From Muribaculaceae bacterium (GTDB lineage: Bacteria; Bacteroidota; Bacteroidia; Bacteroidales; Muribaculaceae), in assembly GCA_017451225.1 (NCBI GenBank), contig JAFSPZ010000025.1, positions 10,772-74,771 of the forward strand: DNA of 64,000 nt. Reading direction: 5' to 3'. Shown one piece after another: positions 41,905 to 50,494 of this stretch. The notes under the pieces were generated by a model. It did no database searches and was not told where the DNA came from. It worked only from the letters and a program-made list of their open reading frames with translations. A program made the position numbers and the translations under genes. Position 1 is the first letter of the stretch; the number at the start of each line of letters is the position of its first letter.

Positions 41905-44064
41905 TTACTTTTTTCGCAAGATGAAGAAGATAGCTCCTCCGGCAATCAAGAACAGAAGAATTGGCACAACAATGTAGAGTACTTTGAAGAGTTTGTCTCT
42001 ATCATCAACGATATTGCCATTGTCGGTATCTTTGTCCTTATCCAGGTTCTCTTTGCTATCACCTTTGTTGGCGGCATTAAAATCTGGAGCATCCTTCTTC
42101 TGCTCTTCGGTCGCCAATTTTTCGCTACCATTCTCGACAATACTGTACAAGTTGCCTTTGTTGTTATACCACATGCCGTCGTCCTTCTTGCCATCATCAA
42201 AGGTGCCCTTGTACTTGTAACCGCTGTGCTTCTCAGTATACACACAGTCGCCATCAAAGAGGTCGTCATCAAAGCTGCCCTCATACACATCGCCAAGATT
42301 ACTTCGCTTATTGTCGGGCGAAGTGTTCTTAGTAAACGTAAACTTGCAGCCGTCGCCTTCTCTAACGCCATCCTTGTAAACACCCTCATATTTTCCGTCC
42401 TCATAAACACCCTTGCCTCGTCCGTTGGGAAGGCTGTTTACAATGGGTCCAGAATAGGTGTAGGTCACTATCGAGTCACCTATTTCGCACTTGATGAGAG
42501 TGTCTTTCACCTCTCGTGCGCCTGCAACCGATGCTACCGAAGACGTCTGGCCATTATCGCCCTTGTCCCTAAGCACGAAAAACAGTGCAATTCCTGTGAG
42601 CAGGCAAGCAGCGATAAATGAAAGAATCACTATGAGCATAGAGTTGCCCTTGGAGGGAGCAGGAGGCTCAACGGGGTCTGGCTCTGCTTGTGGTGGCATT
42701 GGGTATCTCTCGTTTGAGCCATACATGCGGCCCATCCCACTATTGGAGTTCATTCCTGGTCCGCCAAGATTAGCAGGAGGCACAACATGAGGCACCACCG
42801 ATGGCACTACTGGAGCCGCTGGTCCTTGACTGCCGCCTTGTGCAAGCGGCGAAGGGCCATTGGAGGCATGGCCAGGTTTTGTTACCACATTGGTGTCATC
42901 ATCGTCAATAGTGCCAGTTTCTTTATTTATCCTCATTTTATTGCTGCTGCGACCTGGCTTCAACACAACCACTTCGTCTTGACCAGATTCTGCCTCACCG
43001 CCTGATGGATGTGATGCTGGACCGGCTGCACCGCCACCACTGGCTGCACCAGTAATTGGAACATTTCCAATGACATTTACCTGAGAATCATCTTTTTCCT
43101 CGCCTTTACTGGCTGGAGTGACAGCCTCATCTTCGTTGGACTTGAGAGTTCCTTCCTTGCACCGGAGCAAAAAATCGTTCACCTCGGCAACACTCTGAGG
43201 TCTCTTGTCAATATTGGTACTCATCATCCACATCACAAGCTTCTTGAAGGTCTCGTTGGTTTGAGGCAAGAACTTGAAAGCCGCCTCGCCATCGACAGTA
43301 ATCTCCGAAGCACGCGGTGGACGCTGCAAAGTCGCCAGGTTGTAGAGTGTGGCACCAAGCGAGAACAGGTCGGTCCACGGACCTATCTTCTTATAATCAT
43401 ATTCCTTGAGCTCGATGGGAGCATAAGGGCGGGTGATGAGAAGGAAGCTCGATATTGTGTCGGGGTCACCCGAGTTGGGATCCACCTGCTTGCTCGATCC
43501 AAAGTCGATGAGCATGATGTTGCCATAGGCATCGGCCATGATGTTGGCAGGCTTGATGTCAAGGTGCCAAATCTTGTTCTCATGCAACTCCTGAAGGGCG
43601 TCAAGCACTTGCGGCAGGAACACCTCAAGCAGCCAGCTGCTGTCGCAGGGAGCGTTCTGCATCTTCAGCAGCTCGCTGAACGAACTGCCATTGATGAACT
43701 GCATCACATAGTAGGTGGTGTTATTCTCCTCAAAGATGTCATACACCTTCACTATGTGAGGGTTGTTCAACTTGCCAATGCGGCGAAGCCTTCGAGCCTC
43801 GCGCTTGAACACGTTGCGCAGTTTTTCAAACTGCCCCAGATTCTCGGCATTAGTTACGCTGATGCTTGTGGAATTGACATCGCGCCGCGAGAGACCCTTC
43901 ATGAAAAATTCCTTGACAGCTACTTGCTCTTCAAACTCTACATTGGTGGCGACATAGGTGTTGCCAAAGCCGCCACTGGCAAGATAGCCATCTATGCGAT
44001 AAACCTTCCTCAGCAGGGTTCCAACCCGCAACATCGAATTGCCGTCTACGCTATTATTGGACAT
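41905..44064 (-). CDS. Membrane Hanks-type Ser/Thr protein kinase, paralogue with a second C-terminal TM helix
   Basis: LASGGFGNTY, VAVKE, HLDIKPAN, DFG, YAPIE; TM, MORN-like repeats, final TM ending FFILRKK. Confidence 0.93.
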   Translation of the reverse strand: MSNNSVDGNSMLRVGTLLRKVYRIDGYLASGGFGNTYVATNVEFEEQVAVKEFFMKGLSRRDVNSTSISVTNAENLGQFEKLRNVFKREARRLRRIGKLNNPHIVKVYDIFEENNTTYYVMQFINGSSFSELLKMQNAPCDSSWLLEVFLPQVLDALQELHENKIWHLDIKPANIMADAYGNIMLIDFGSSKQVDPNSGDPDTISSFLLITRPYAPIELKEYDYKKIGPWTDLFSLGATLYNLATLQRPPRASEITVDGEAAFKFLPQTNETFKKLVMWMMSTNIDKRPQSVAEVNDFLLRCKEGTLKSNEDEAVTPASKGEEKDDSQVNVIGNVPITGAASGGGAAGPASHPSGGEAESGQDEVVVLKPGRSSNKMRINKETGTIDDDDTNVVTKPGHASNGPSPLAQGGSQGPAAPVVPSVVPHVVPPANLGGPGMNSNSGMGRMYGSNERYPMPPQAEPDPVEPPAPSKGNSMLIVILSFIAACLLTGIALFFVLRDKGDNGQTSSVASVAGAREVKDTLIKCEIGDSIVTYTYSGPIVNSLPNGRGKGVYEDGKYEGVYKDGVREGDGCKFTFTKNTSPDNKRSNLGDVYEGSFDDDLFDGDCVYTEKHSGYKYKGTFDDGKKDDGMWYNNKGNLYSIVENGSEKLATEEQKKDAPDFNAANKGDSKENLDKDKDTDNGNIVDDRDKLFKVLYIVVPILLFLIAGGAIFFILRKK

Positions 44065-44086
44065 AGGAGTGGTCTTGAGTTAATTA

Positions 44087-45583
44087 TTAATTATCGCCAT
44101 TCTTTCGATTTAAAATCGCATTTTTTGTTTTTTCCTGTTGCTGCTGTTTCTCTGTTTTTGGCTTATTTATACCATCATAAGCCTTATGAGCATCATCATT
44201 CTGAGCTTTTTGCGCATCTCCGATGCCCTTAACAAATTTATTGTCTTTTTTCTGACCACCATTATTAGTCCCTTTTGAAACAGAATTGTTAGTCGTCTGC
44301 CCTTGAGAACTTTGAGTACTGCGAGTAACGTTCTTCGAACCTTGTGAGGCACTTCCACCGCCTGAATTTCCAGCGTTTTTGTTCTCAATATCACTTATCA
44401 ACTCTTTGGCGTCACCACTTTGGTCAGGAGACTTGTCGTTGTGGAACTTGTTCCATAACAGATAGGCGGCACCAAAAACAACAGCTGCTGCAAGCAGTCC
44501 AATCAGCACTTTGAGCCAAAGGTTAGCATCGGTGGGTTTGGGCTTGTAGTCATCAAAATCATTCATATGTTGAACTCTTGCCCTTCTTCCGGGACCTTCC
44601 GAAACCACCTTGATTTCATCATCCTCTTCGGCCTCAACAACCGGAGCGGCTACGGGAGGAGCTGGCATTGCTGCAGGTGGTGCTGCGGGAGCTGCTTGAG
44701 CTTGTACACCAATAGGTGAAACTGGTGCTGGCTCATTAGCCTTGGCAGCCATTCTTGCCAGCAGCGACACCTCGTTGTAGTGAGAAGTCTTCTCATCGTT
44801 AATCAGCTGGTCGTCGCCTACCTCATTCGACACACCTTTTATCTTTATCAAGATGGCCGAGTGGTTATCCTTGTTACCCATTGTGGCAGCCCTGAGTTGC
44901 TCGATTTTGCTTTCGTCGGTAACATCGCTGGCAAGCAGAGAAATGAGTTCGCTGTCGCTCATCTGCTCGAGCATGCCATCAGAGCACAAGTAGAAATAGT
45001 CGCCTGGCAGCACGTCGGTGGTATGAGCCAAATCGATGTTCACATCGTTATCTTCACCTGGCATGAGGGCACGAGTGATGACATTGCGGCGGTTGGAAGT
45101 CGCCATGTCTTCATAAGAAATATCTCCTGCCATAAACAAGTCATAAACCAGCGAGTGGTCGATGGTCTTGTAAAGCACACGGCGTTGAGAGGGCCTGATG
45201 TGATAGATGCGGCTGTCGCCAATGTGACCCATTGTCACACCGCCATTGTGAAGGCACACCATGGTGAGTGTGGTTCCCATTTTTCTTACCGAGCCGTCGT
45301 CAAGTTCGTCAAGTTGCTTGCGAGCATACTTTATGGCCTCAACCACAATCTCATCGTCAAGCATTCCGTCGCTTGATATATGGTCGTTAATCCACTTGCT
45401 CACCGCATTGCTCACGGTAGCACTTGCCACTTCGCCTTTCTCATGACCACCCATTCCGTCGCACACGAGGAATAGACGATCATTACTTGTAATCGCACCA
45501 AGGGCTGGGAAGATGTTGTCCTCTTGATTGTCACGCTGTCCCAGCTCATTTAATGCTACTGGGCTGAATATATCGAACTTCAT
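44087..45583 (-). CDS. Membrane PP2C-family Ser/Thr phosphatase
   Basis: GQRDNQED, VCDGMGGH, MGTT, HIGDSRIY, DHS, RNVITRA, LCSDG, DN; C-terminal TM helix. Confidence 0.93.
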   Translation of the reverse strand: MKFDIFSPVALNELGQRDNQEDNIFPALGAITSNDRLFLVCDGMGGHEKGEVASATVSNAVSKWINDHISSDGMLDDEIVVEAIKYARKQLDELDDGSVRKMGTTLTMVCLHNGGVTMGHIGDSRIYHIRPSQRRVLYKTIDHSLVYDLFMAGDISYEDMATSNRRNVITRALMPGEDNDVNIDLAHTTDVLPGDYFYLCSDGMLEQMSDSELISLLASDVTDESKIEQLRAATMGNKDNHSAILIKIKGVSNEVGDDQLINDEKTSHYNEVSLLARMAAKANEPAPVSPIGVQAQAAPAAPPAAMPAPPVAAPVVEAEEDDEIKVVSEGPGRRARVQHMNDFDDYKPKPTDANLWLKVLIGLLAAAVVFGAAYLLWNKFHNDKSPDQSGDAKELISDIENKNAGNSGGGSASQGSKNVTRSTQSSQGQTTNNSVSKGTNNGGQKKDNKFVKGIGDAQKAQNDDAHKAYDGINKPKTEKQQQQEKTKNAILNRKNGDN

Positions 45584-45626
45584 GATATTCTCTTGTTAAA
45601 AAAGTAAAGTATAAAACATTGTCATT

Positions 45627-46130
45627 TCACTCTGCCTCAAAGATAAATGTCGTTTCTCCTAGAGTAATGAGATCTCCTTTGTTCAACTTAACGACATCGG
45701 TTTGACCTATCTGGATGCCGTTAATCTTGGTCGGGTTCATATTCTTGTGATTATAAAGGGTCGCATAAGTATTCCCATGGGAGTCGACCTTTACGTCAAT
45801 AATGGCATGGGAACGACTCATATAACCGTCTTGAACCGGCAGCTGAATCTTGGCATCGCTAGAATATGCCCTTCTACCTATAGTGTTCAAGCCACGGTCC
45901 AGAGGCAGCTTCATGCCGTTGAAAATGACACTGTAGTTGTATTGCTTGCATCCACCAATCACGGTTTCATTGCCGTCATCGTCGTCATCATCTTTGCCTT
46001 TCCCGCCAAGGTTGATTTTCAACTTCGCTTGGCACACAGGACAAACAATGTGCTTGACGCCCTCACCGTCTTTGAAAGGAACGTCAAGCACAGATTTACA
46101 TTTTGGACATTTAATTTTTTTCTTCTCCAT
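45627..46130 (-). CDS. Zinc-ribbon + FHA domain protein
   Basis: CPKC...CPVC, acidic linker with NETVIG, FHA motifs IGR, MSRSHA, N.T.ING, GDLITLGET. Confidence 0.85.
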   Translation of the reverse strand: MEKKKIKCPKCKSVLDVPFKDGEGVKHIVCPVCQAKLKINLGGKGKDDDDDDGNETVIGGCKQYNYSVIFNGMKLPLDRGLNTIGRRAYSSDAKIQLPVQDGYMSRSHAIIDVKVDSHGNTYATLYNHKNMNPTKINGIQIGQTDVVKLNKGDLITLGETTFIFEAE

Positions 46131-46159
46131 GTTTTTTATGACATGTTGAGAAAGTGTAA

Positions 46160-47173
46160 TTAGCAATCAACTGCATCCAAACCTGCGTCATCAACACTAG
46201 GAACATCGTTGCTCACGTCGTTGTGTGCCCACTGAGCTTCCTCCTCATGGTGATAAGATGGTTCGGGCTCATAGCTTGGTTCGGGCTCCGATGCCTCATA
46301 GGTCTCAACAGATGCATAGTCGCTATCGTTGGCGCTGTCTACATCTACCTGGACGTCGCTATCAACGTCGATTTGGTCGTTATCACTTTGTACTACTGCT
46401 ACATAAGAGCCGTCGTCAATGTCGTTCTCGTCGCTGTCAATAACGTTAACCATTGCATCCTCGTTAGCGTCATCGGCCAAGCCAACAGTTATAGCATCCT
46501 CATCGATCATTTCACCGTCTAATGATGCCAGTGTTGGGTCGGCACTATCGGCAACAGCGTTGAGTTGGGCCATGAAGCTTTCGGCAGCCTCAGGATTCTC
46601 GGCAGCAACACCTGCATAGAAGTCTTGAACCTTCAAACCCTCATTGGCAATATCAATAATCTCGTTCTCTTCAAGAACAGCGTTGTTGTTGAAGTCGGCT
46701 ACAGCAACGTCAAAGGTGCCATCCATGTCTACGTCAACAACAAGAACTTCCTGACCATTAACTGTCATTGAGCCTGTAATTTCATAATTTCCATCTTCAT
46801 CGATGTCGGTAACATTGATTCCAACGAAGTGTACATCAGGTTCCACGTCTTCTTGCTGAATGTTAATATTAACTTGAGCTGGTTGATGAACGTGGTGAAC
46901 GTGATTAACATGTACGTCTTGGGTTGGTTCTGCTTCGTGGCTTACTTCTTCGGCATCATTGCCAATGTGATCCATCGCATAAACTACACCAGCACCTGCT
47001 CCAGCTACAGCCATACCGCCCACTACACCGGCAGCTATCTTGGCTCCCATGTGGTCGTCTTGTTTTTTACGAGCTGGTCTTGGGGTTGGTCTTGGAGTTG
47101 GAGGAGGAGTTGGGGTCTCATTCATCTGTGGCATCTGTGGCATCATTGCCATGGTTTCTTCATTAGTGTTCAT
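46160..47173 (-). CDS. Acidic single-pass membrane protein, paralogue A
   Basis: MNTNEETMAMMP start, Gly-rich TM, His-rich linker, DxDxDG loops, acidic tail. Confidence 0.8.
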   Translation of the reverse strand: MNTNEETMAMMPQMPQMNETPTPPPTPRPTPRPARKKQDDHMGAKIAAGVVGGMAVAGAGAGVVYAMDHIGNDAEEVSHEAEPTQDVHVNHVHHVHQPAQVNINIQQEDVEPDVHFVGINVTDIDEDGNYEITGSMTVNGQEVLVVDVDMDGTFDVAVADFNNNAVLEENEIIDIANEGLKVQDFYAGVAAENPEAAESFMAQLNAVADSADPTLASLDGEMIDEDAITVGLADDANEDAMVNVIDSDENDIDDGSYVAVVQSDNDQIDVDSDVQVDVDSANDSDYASVETYEASEPEPSYEPEPSYHHEEEAQWAHNDVSNDVPSVDDAGLDAVDC

Positions 47174-47210
47174 GTCTTCTATGTTTTTTAGTTGATTATT
47201 AATTACAATG

Positions 47211-47310
47211 CAAATTTACAACATCACACACCATATTTCCAAACTTTTTTTAACATACATGATGAAATGGGTGGTTTTAATGATGAAATGCACAAGTTGG
47301 GTGATTTAAA
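47211..47310 (-). promoter_or_regulatory. Promoter with 21-bp-period direct repeats (putative LytTR boxes)
   Basis: -7 box at 47211-47218, -33 TTTG at 47240-47243; plus-strand TGATGAAAT at 47260 and 47281, TGATTTAAA at 47302. Confidence 0.75.
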
Positions 47311-47345
47311 AAAGTTATTAGCTGTTAAACGCATGAAGAATGCTC

Positions 47346-47375
47346 CATAAAAGCCTCAAAAGTCGTGCTTTTATG
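47346..47375 (-). terminator. Possible terminator after paralogue B
   Basis: CATAAAAGC/GCTTTTATG inverted repeat. Confidence 0.5.
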
Positions 47376-47406
47376 AGACAAATATAGAACATTCTCATGT
47401 GTGTGA

Positions 47407-48645
47407 TTATACTATTGCGTCACCGCCCAGGTCAGCACCGCCCAAATCGTCGTTGCCACCTGCCACATCGCTGTCAAAGCTGTGGTCTACCTCGGTGCTT
47501 GCCATCAACTGCTCCTCGTGAGGCATTGATGCTTCCTCGTGAATCTCGGGAGCACTATTTTCCTGAACGTCGGGCTCAACGTCATTGCTGGCAAAATGTT
47601 CATCGGCCGAAGGCTCCACTGTCTCGACAGTGTTCACTTCAATCTCGTCGAGCTGGTCCACGTTCGCCGTCAGTTCAACATCTACAGGACCAACGTTTTC
47701 TTCTATTGTCTCTACGGGAGTGCTGTCAGCAGTAATTTCTTGAGGTGTCTCACTGTAGGTGTGTACACTGCTTGCTAGAGGAGCATCAACCTCAACCACT
47801 CTTGAAACATCCTCATTATCAATCATGTCATCATCAATGGTTGTAACGGGCTCATTCATCGCAAGACTATCGTTCTCGTCACTATCAATGATATTATCAT
47901 TTATGTTAGCATCGAGATTTGCTAAATCATCGTCATCATCGTCAAATTGAGTCATAATGTTGCCATCATCGTCAACTGGCATGTCATAGGCTGCCAGCAT
48001 AGCCGATTGGTCATCGATTACTGTTTCCAATTGAGCAACATACTCCTCGGCCTTTTCGGGATGGTCAATCATCAAGCCTCTATAAAAGTCGCCCACTCTC
48101 AGGTTGCTTCCAGAGATATCAAATATTTCGTCTTCTTCTATCATTTGGTTGCGGTTCAAATCGCTCATAGCTACATCAAAGTAGCCATTGCTGTTGGTAT
48201 CCACGAGAGCCCATTCATCCGAGCCATTTCTCATTGTACCTACTGTGGCATAACTGCCGTCTTCATTGGCAACTACATCCAGACTCTCAAATTCCATATC
48301 ATCAGGTTCGGGCTTGGGGGCGGGAGCAACATGGTGATGATGGTGGTGGTGATGATGAACTGGCTGAGCTTCTTCGGTGGGGTGATCCACATGATTATCG
48401 CCTTGTGGATTGGCATCGGAATCATCGTCAGGACGAGTTGCCGCATAGATTGCTGCAGCGCCGCCACCTGCTACTACTACACCGCCTAGAACACCGGCAA
48501 CAATCTTTGCTGCCATGTTGTCTTTAATTTCTTTCTTGGGGACTCTAGGTCTTGGTGCACCTGGCATGTTGACTGGTTGATTACTGGGTGGCAGTGGTGG
48601 TACTGCCTCTGGCATCATTGCTTGAGTGTTGTCGTTAGTGTTCAT
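47407..48645 (-). CDS. Acidic single-pass membrane protein, paralogue B (poly-His linker)
   Basis: MNTNDNTQAMMP start, AAKIVAGVLGG TM, run of nine His, DTNSNG/DLNRN loops. Confidence 0.8.
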   Translation of the reverse strand: MNTNDNTQAMMPEAVPPLPPSNQPVNMPGAPRPRVPKKEIKDNMAAKIVAGVLGGVVVAGGGAAAIYAATRPDDDSDANPQGDNHVDHPTEEAQPVHHHHHHHHHVAPAPKPEPDDMEFESLDVVANEDGSYATVGTMRNGSDEWALVDTNSNGYFDVAMSDLNRNQMIEEDEIFDISGSNLRVGDFYRGLMIDHPEKAEEYVAQLETVIDDQSAMLAAYDMPVDDDGNIMTQFDDDDDDLANLDANINDNIIDSDENDSLAMNEPVTTIDDDMIDNEDVSRVVEVDAPLASSVHTYSETPQEITADSTPVETIEENVGPVDVELTANVDQLDEIEVNTVETVEPSADEHFASNDVEPDVQENSAPEIHEEASMPHEEQLMASTEVDHSFDSDVAGGNDDLGGADLGGDAIV

Positions 48646-48691
48646 AGTAATAATTTTTTATGATTGAATTTAATTGTTTTTGTCTACATTG

Positions 48692-48791
48692 CAAAGATAC
48701 AACATACATGCCCTAATTTCCAAATTTTCAAGCAAATTCATGATAAAAATAATATCATTCATGACGAAATACAAGAGTTTGATGATATTTT
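48692..48791 (-). promoter_or_regulatory. Promoter with 21-bp-period direct repeats (putative LytTR boxes)
   Basis: -7 box at 48692-48699, -33 at 48721-48724; TGATAAAAA 48741, TGACGAAAT 48762, TGATATTTT 48783. Confidence 0.75.
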
Positions 48792-48869
48792 CAAAAAACT
48801 CAAATTTCAACCCGTCAATCTATATATAAAAGCATTATTGAATGGTAAAATAGGACCTCTAAACAAACG

Positions 48870-48992
48870 GCATGCACAATAAAACCTTCATCTCTAACTT
48901 AGCGTTGCTGGCGACTCTTAGCATTGCCATTCAACGATGTTCTTTCAACCTTGTTTCAACATCACCCATCACATAACTTTACACGCGCATGC
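48870..48992 (-). ncRNA. Candidate ~123-nt small structured RNA
   Basis: The two ends pair (GCAUGCGCGUGUAAAG / UUUUAUUGUGCAUGC); internal hairpins; promoter-like TCTCTTTGCA just upstream. Confidence 0.45.
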
Positions 48993-49128
48993 ACTGCAAA
49001 GAGATCTTTGACATAATTATGATATCTGTGAGATTTATGAAAAAACTTTGGTACATCACATTTATACTATTAAAAAAATCCAATAATCGCCTATCAATCA
49101 ACCATATTCATAAAATATACATAAAAAT

Positions 49129-49236
49129 GTGAGTCAAGTGAGTCAAGTGAGTCAAATGAGTCAAGTGAGTCAAGTGAGTCAGGCGAGTCAGGCGAGTCAG
49201 GCGAGTCAGGCGAATTAAGTGAGTCAAGCGAATCTT
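49129..49236. repeat. 9-bp tandem repeat G(T/C)GAGTCA(A/G), about 12 units
   Basis: Read directly from the sequence. Confidence 0.92.
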
Positions 49237-49271
49237 CCGACTCCCAATCCCGATTTTTGCGCCCAAGGCAC

Positions 49272-49307
49272 AAAAAAACAAGCTCCTGGAGTGATGTCAC
49301 TTCAGGA
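49272..49307 (-). terminator. Intrinsic terminator after paralogue C
   Basis: TCCTGGAGTGA/TCACTTCAGGA hairpin with a U-run on the minus strand. Confidence 0.7.
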
Positions 49308-49344
49308 ACCTGCGTCAGTCCACTCTCATTAAAGTGGTGATATA

Positions 49345-50373
49345 TTAGCAATCAATAGTGTCGTCGGCCATATCGGGACCAGCTGCGCCCAAGTCGTCAC
49401 CAGCTATGTCTTGGCTGGCATCGGCCCATTGCACATCTTGTTCCACGGTTTCGGGAACTGCATCGGGAGTATCCTCAGGAACAGTCTCAACCATCATCGA
49501 GTTATCGTCGTTTTCAATCACGTCATCCGATACAGTATCAACAATCACATCGTCGCTTGTTACATTGATTCCATCGTCGGTAACTTCATTAACCACAACT
49601 TCATTGCCGTCTTCGTCAACAACAATCACATTGTCATCAAGGGCCGCTTCATAATTTGTATCCATGTAGGGGTTCTCCTCGCCTTCTTCATAGAACACGG
49701 TCATGCTCTCAATGAAAGCATTAGCCTTGTCGGGGTCAGTCTGAAGTAATTCGGTATAGCAGTCATCAACTGTTAAATCACGATCACTGATATCAATAAA
49801 GTCGTCATTATCCATTTCTTCATTCCCGTTGAAGTCGGCAACAGCATAATTAAATACTCCATCAAGGTCGGTGTCAATCAAGAGCATTCTCTCATCGCCA
49901 ATAATTAGCGAAGCAGTGATTTCATATTCTCCGTCTTCGTTGAGATCGGTCACCATGAGGTCGTCAACAACAGCCGTTGGAGTCTCAGCGGGAACTTCGG
50001 TCTCGGTAGGAACTACAGGCTCAGTGGAAACTTCTGGAGTATCTTCTGGAGTCACAACAATATTAATCTCTGTGGCTGGAGTCTCATGGACGTGTGTTTC
50101 ATGAACATATACATCTTGAGCATTGTCGGCAGTTTGTTCGGCAACATCAAGGTTATCATCACCAATGTGATTCACGGCATAGGCAACACCAGCACCAGCT
50201 CCTGCGGCTGCAACACCACCCAGAAGACCCAAGGCGATTTTTTGACCTGTGTCCATGCCTTTCTTGGGCTGCTTCGACAGCTTGAAAGTTGGTTTTTGGT
50301 TACATGCCTGAGGGGCGTTTAAATTCTCGGGGGTCTGCGGCATTCTAGCCATGGTGTCGTCGTTAGTATTCAT
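49345..50373 (-). CDS. Acidic single-pass membrane protein, paralogue C
   Basis: MNTNDDTMARMP start, KIALGLLGG..AAGAGAGVAYA TM, DLNEDG/DTDLDG/DFNGN loops. Confidence 0.8.
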   Translation of the reverse strand: MNTNDDTMARMPQTPENLNAPQACNQKPTFKLSKQPKKGMDTGQKIALGLLGGVAAAGAGAGVAYAVNHIGDDNLDVAEQTADNAQDVYVHETHVHETPATEINIVVTPEDTPEVSTEPVVPTETEVPAETPTAVVDDLMVTDLNEDGEYEITASLIIGDERMLLIDTDLDGVFNYAVADFNGNEEMDNDDFIDISDRDLTVDDCYTELLQTDPDKANAFIESMTVFYEEGEENPYMDTNYEAALDDNVIVVDEDGNEVVVNEVTDDGINVTSDDVIVDTVSDDVIENDDNSMMVETVPEDTPDAVPETVEQDVQWADASQDIAGDDLGAAGPDMADDTIDC

Positions 50374-50408
50374 CGGTTTTGTGGTTTAAATGATTAATAA
50401 TTACATTG

Positions 50409-50487
50409 CAAATTTACTGTACCCGAAACTATTTTACCAAATATTTTTCGCCCTACATGACAACTCGCAAGTGTTTAGTGATGAAAT
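50409..50487 (-). promoter_or_regulatory. Promoter with 21-bp-period direct repeats (putative LytTR boxes)
   Basis: -7 box at 50409-50416, -33 at 50438-50441; TGACAACTC 50458, TGATGAAAT 50479. Confidence 0.7.
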
Positions 50488-50494
50488 ATATAGG

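Noticed and set aside
48870-48992. 6S, SRP, tmRNA or hammerhead identity for the candidate RNA
   Set aside because: It lacks the SRP GGAA/AGCAG motif, the hammerhead CUGANGA core and tRNA-like ends; left unassigned.
49129-49236. CRISPR array (also considered for the heptamer arrays)
   Set aside because: Units are 7-9 bp and contiguous, with no unique spacers and no cas genes.
49094-49351. 85-aa ORF with DSP/DSL repeats
   Set aside because: By-product of the 9-bp array; it also runs through a terminator hairpin.
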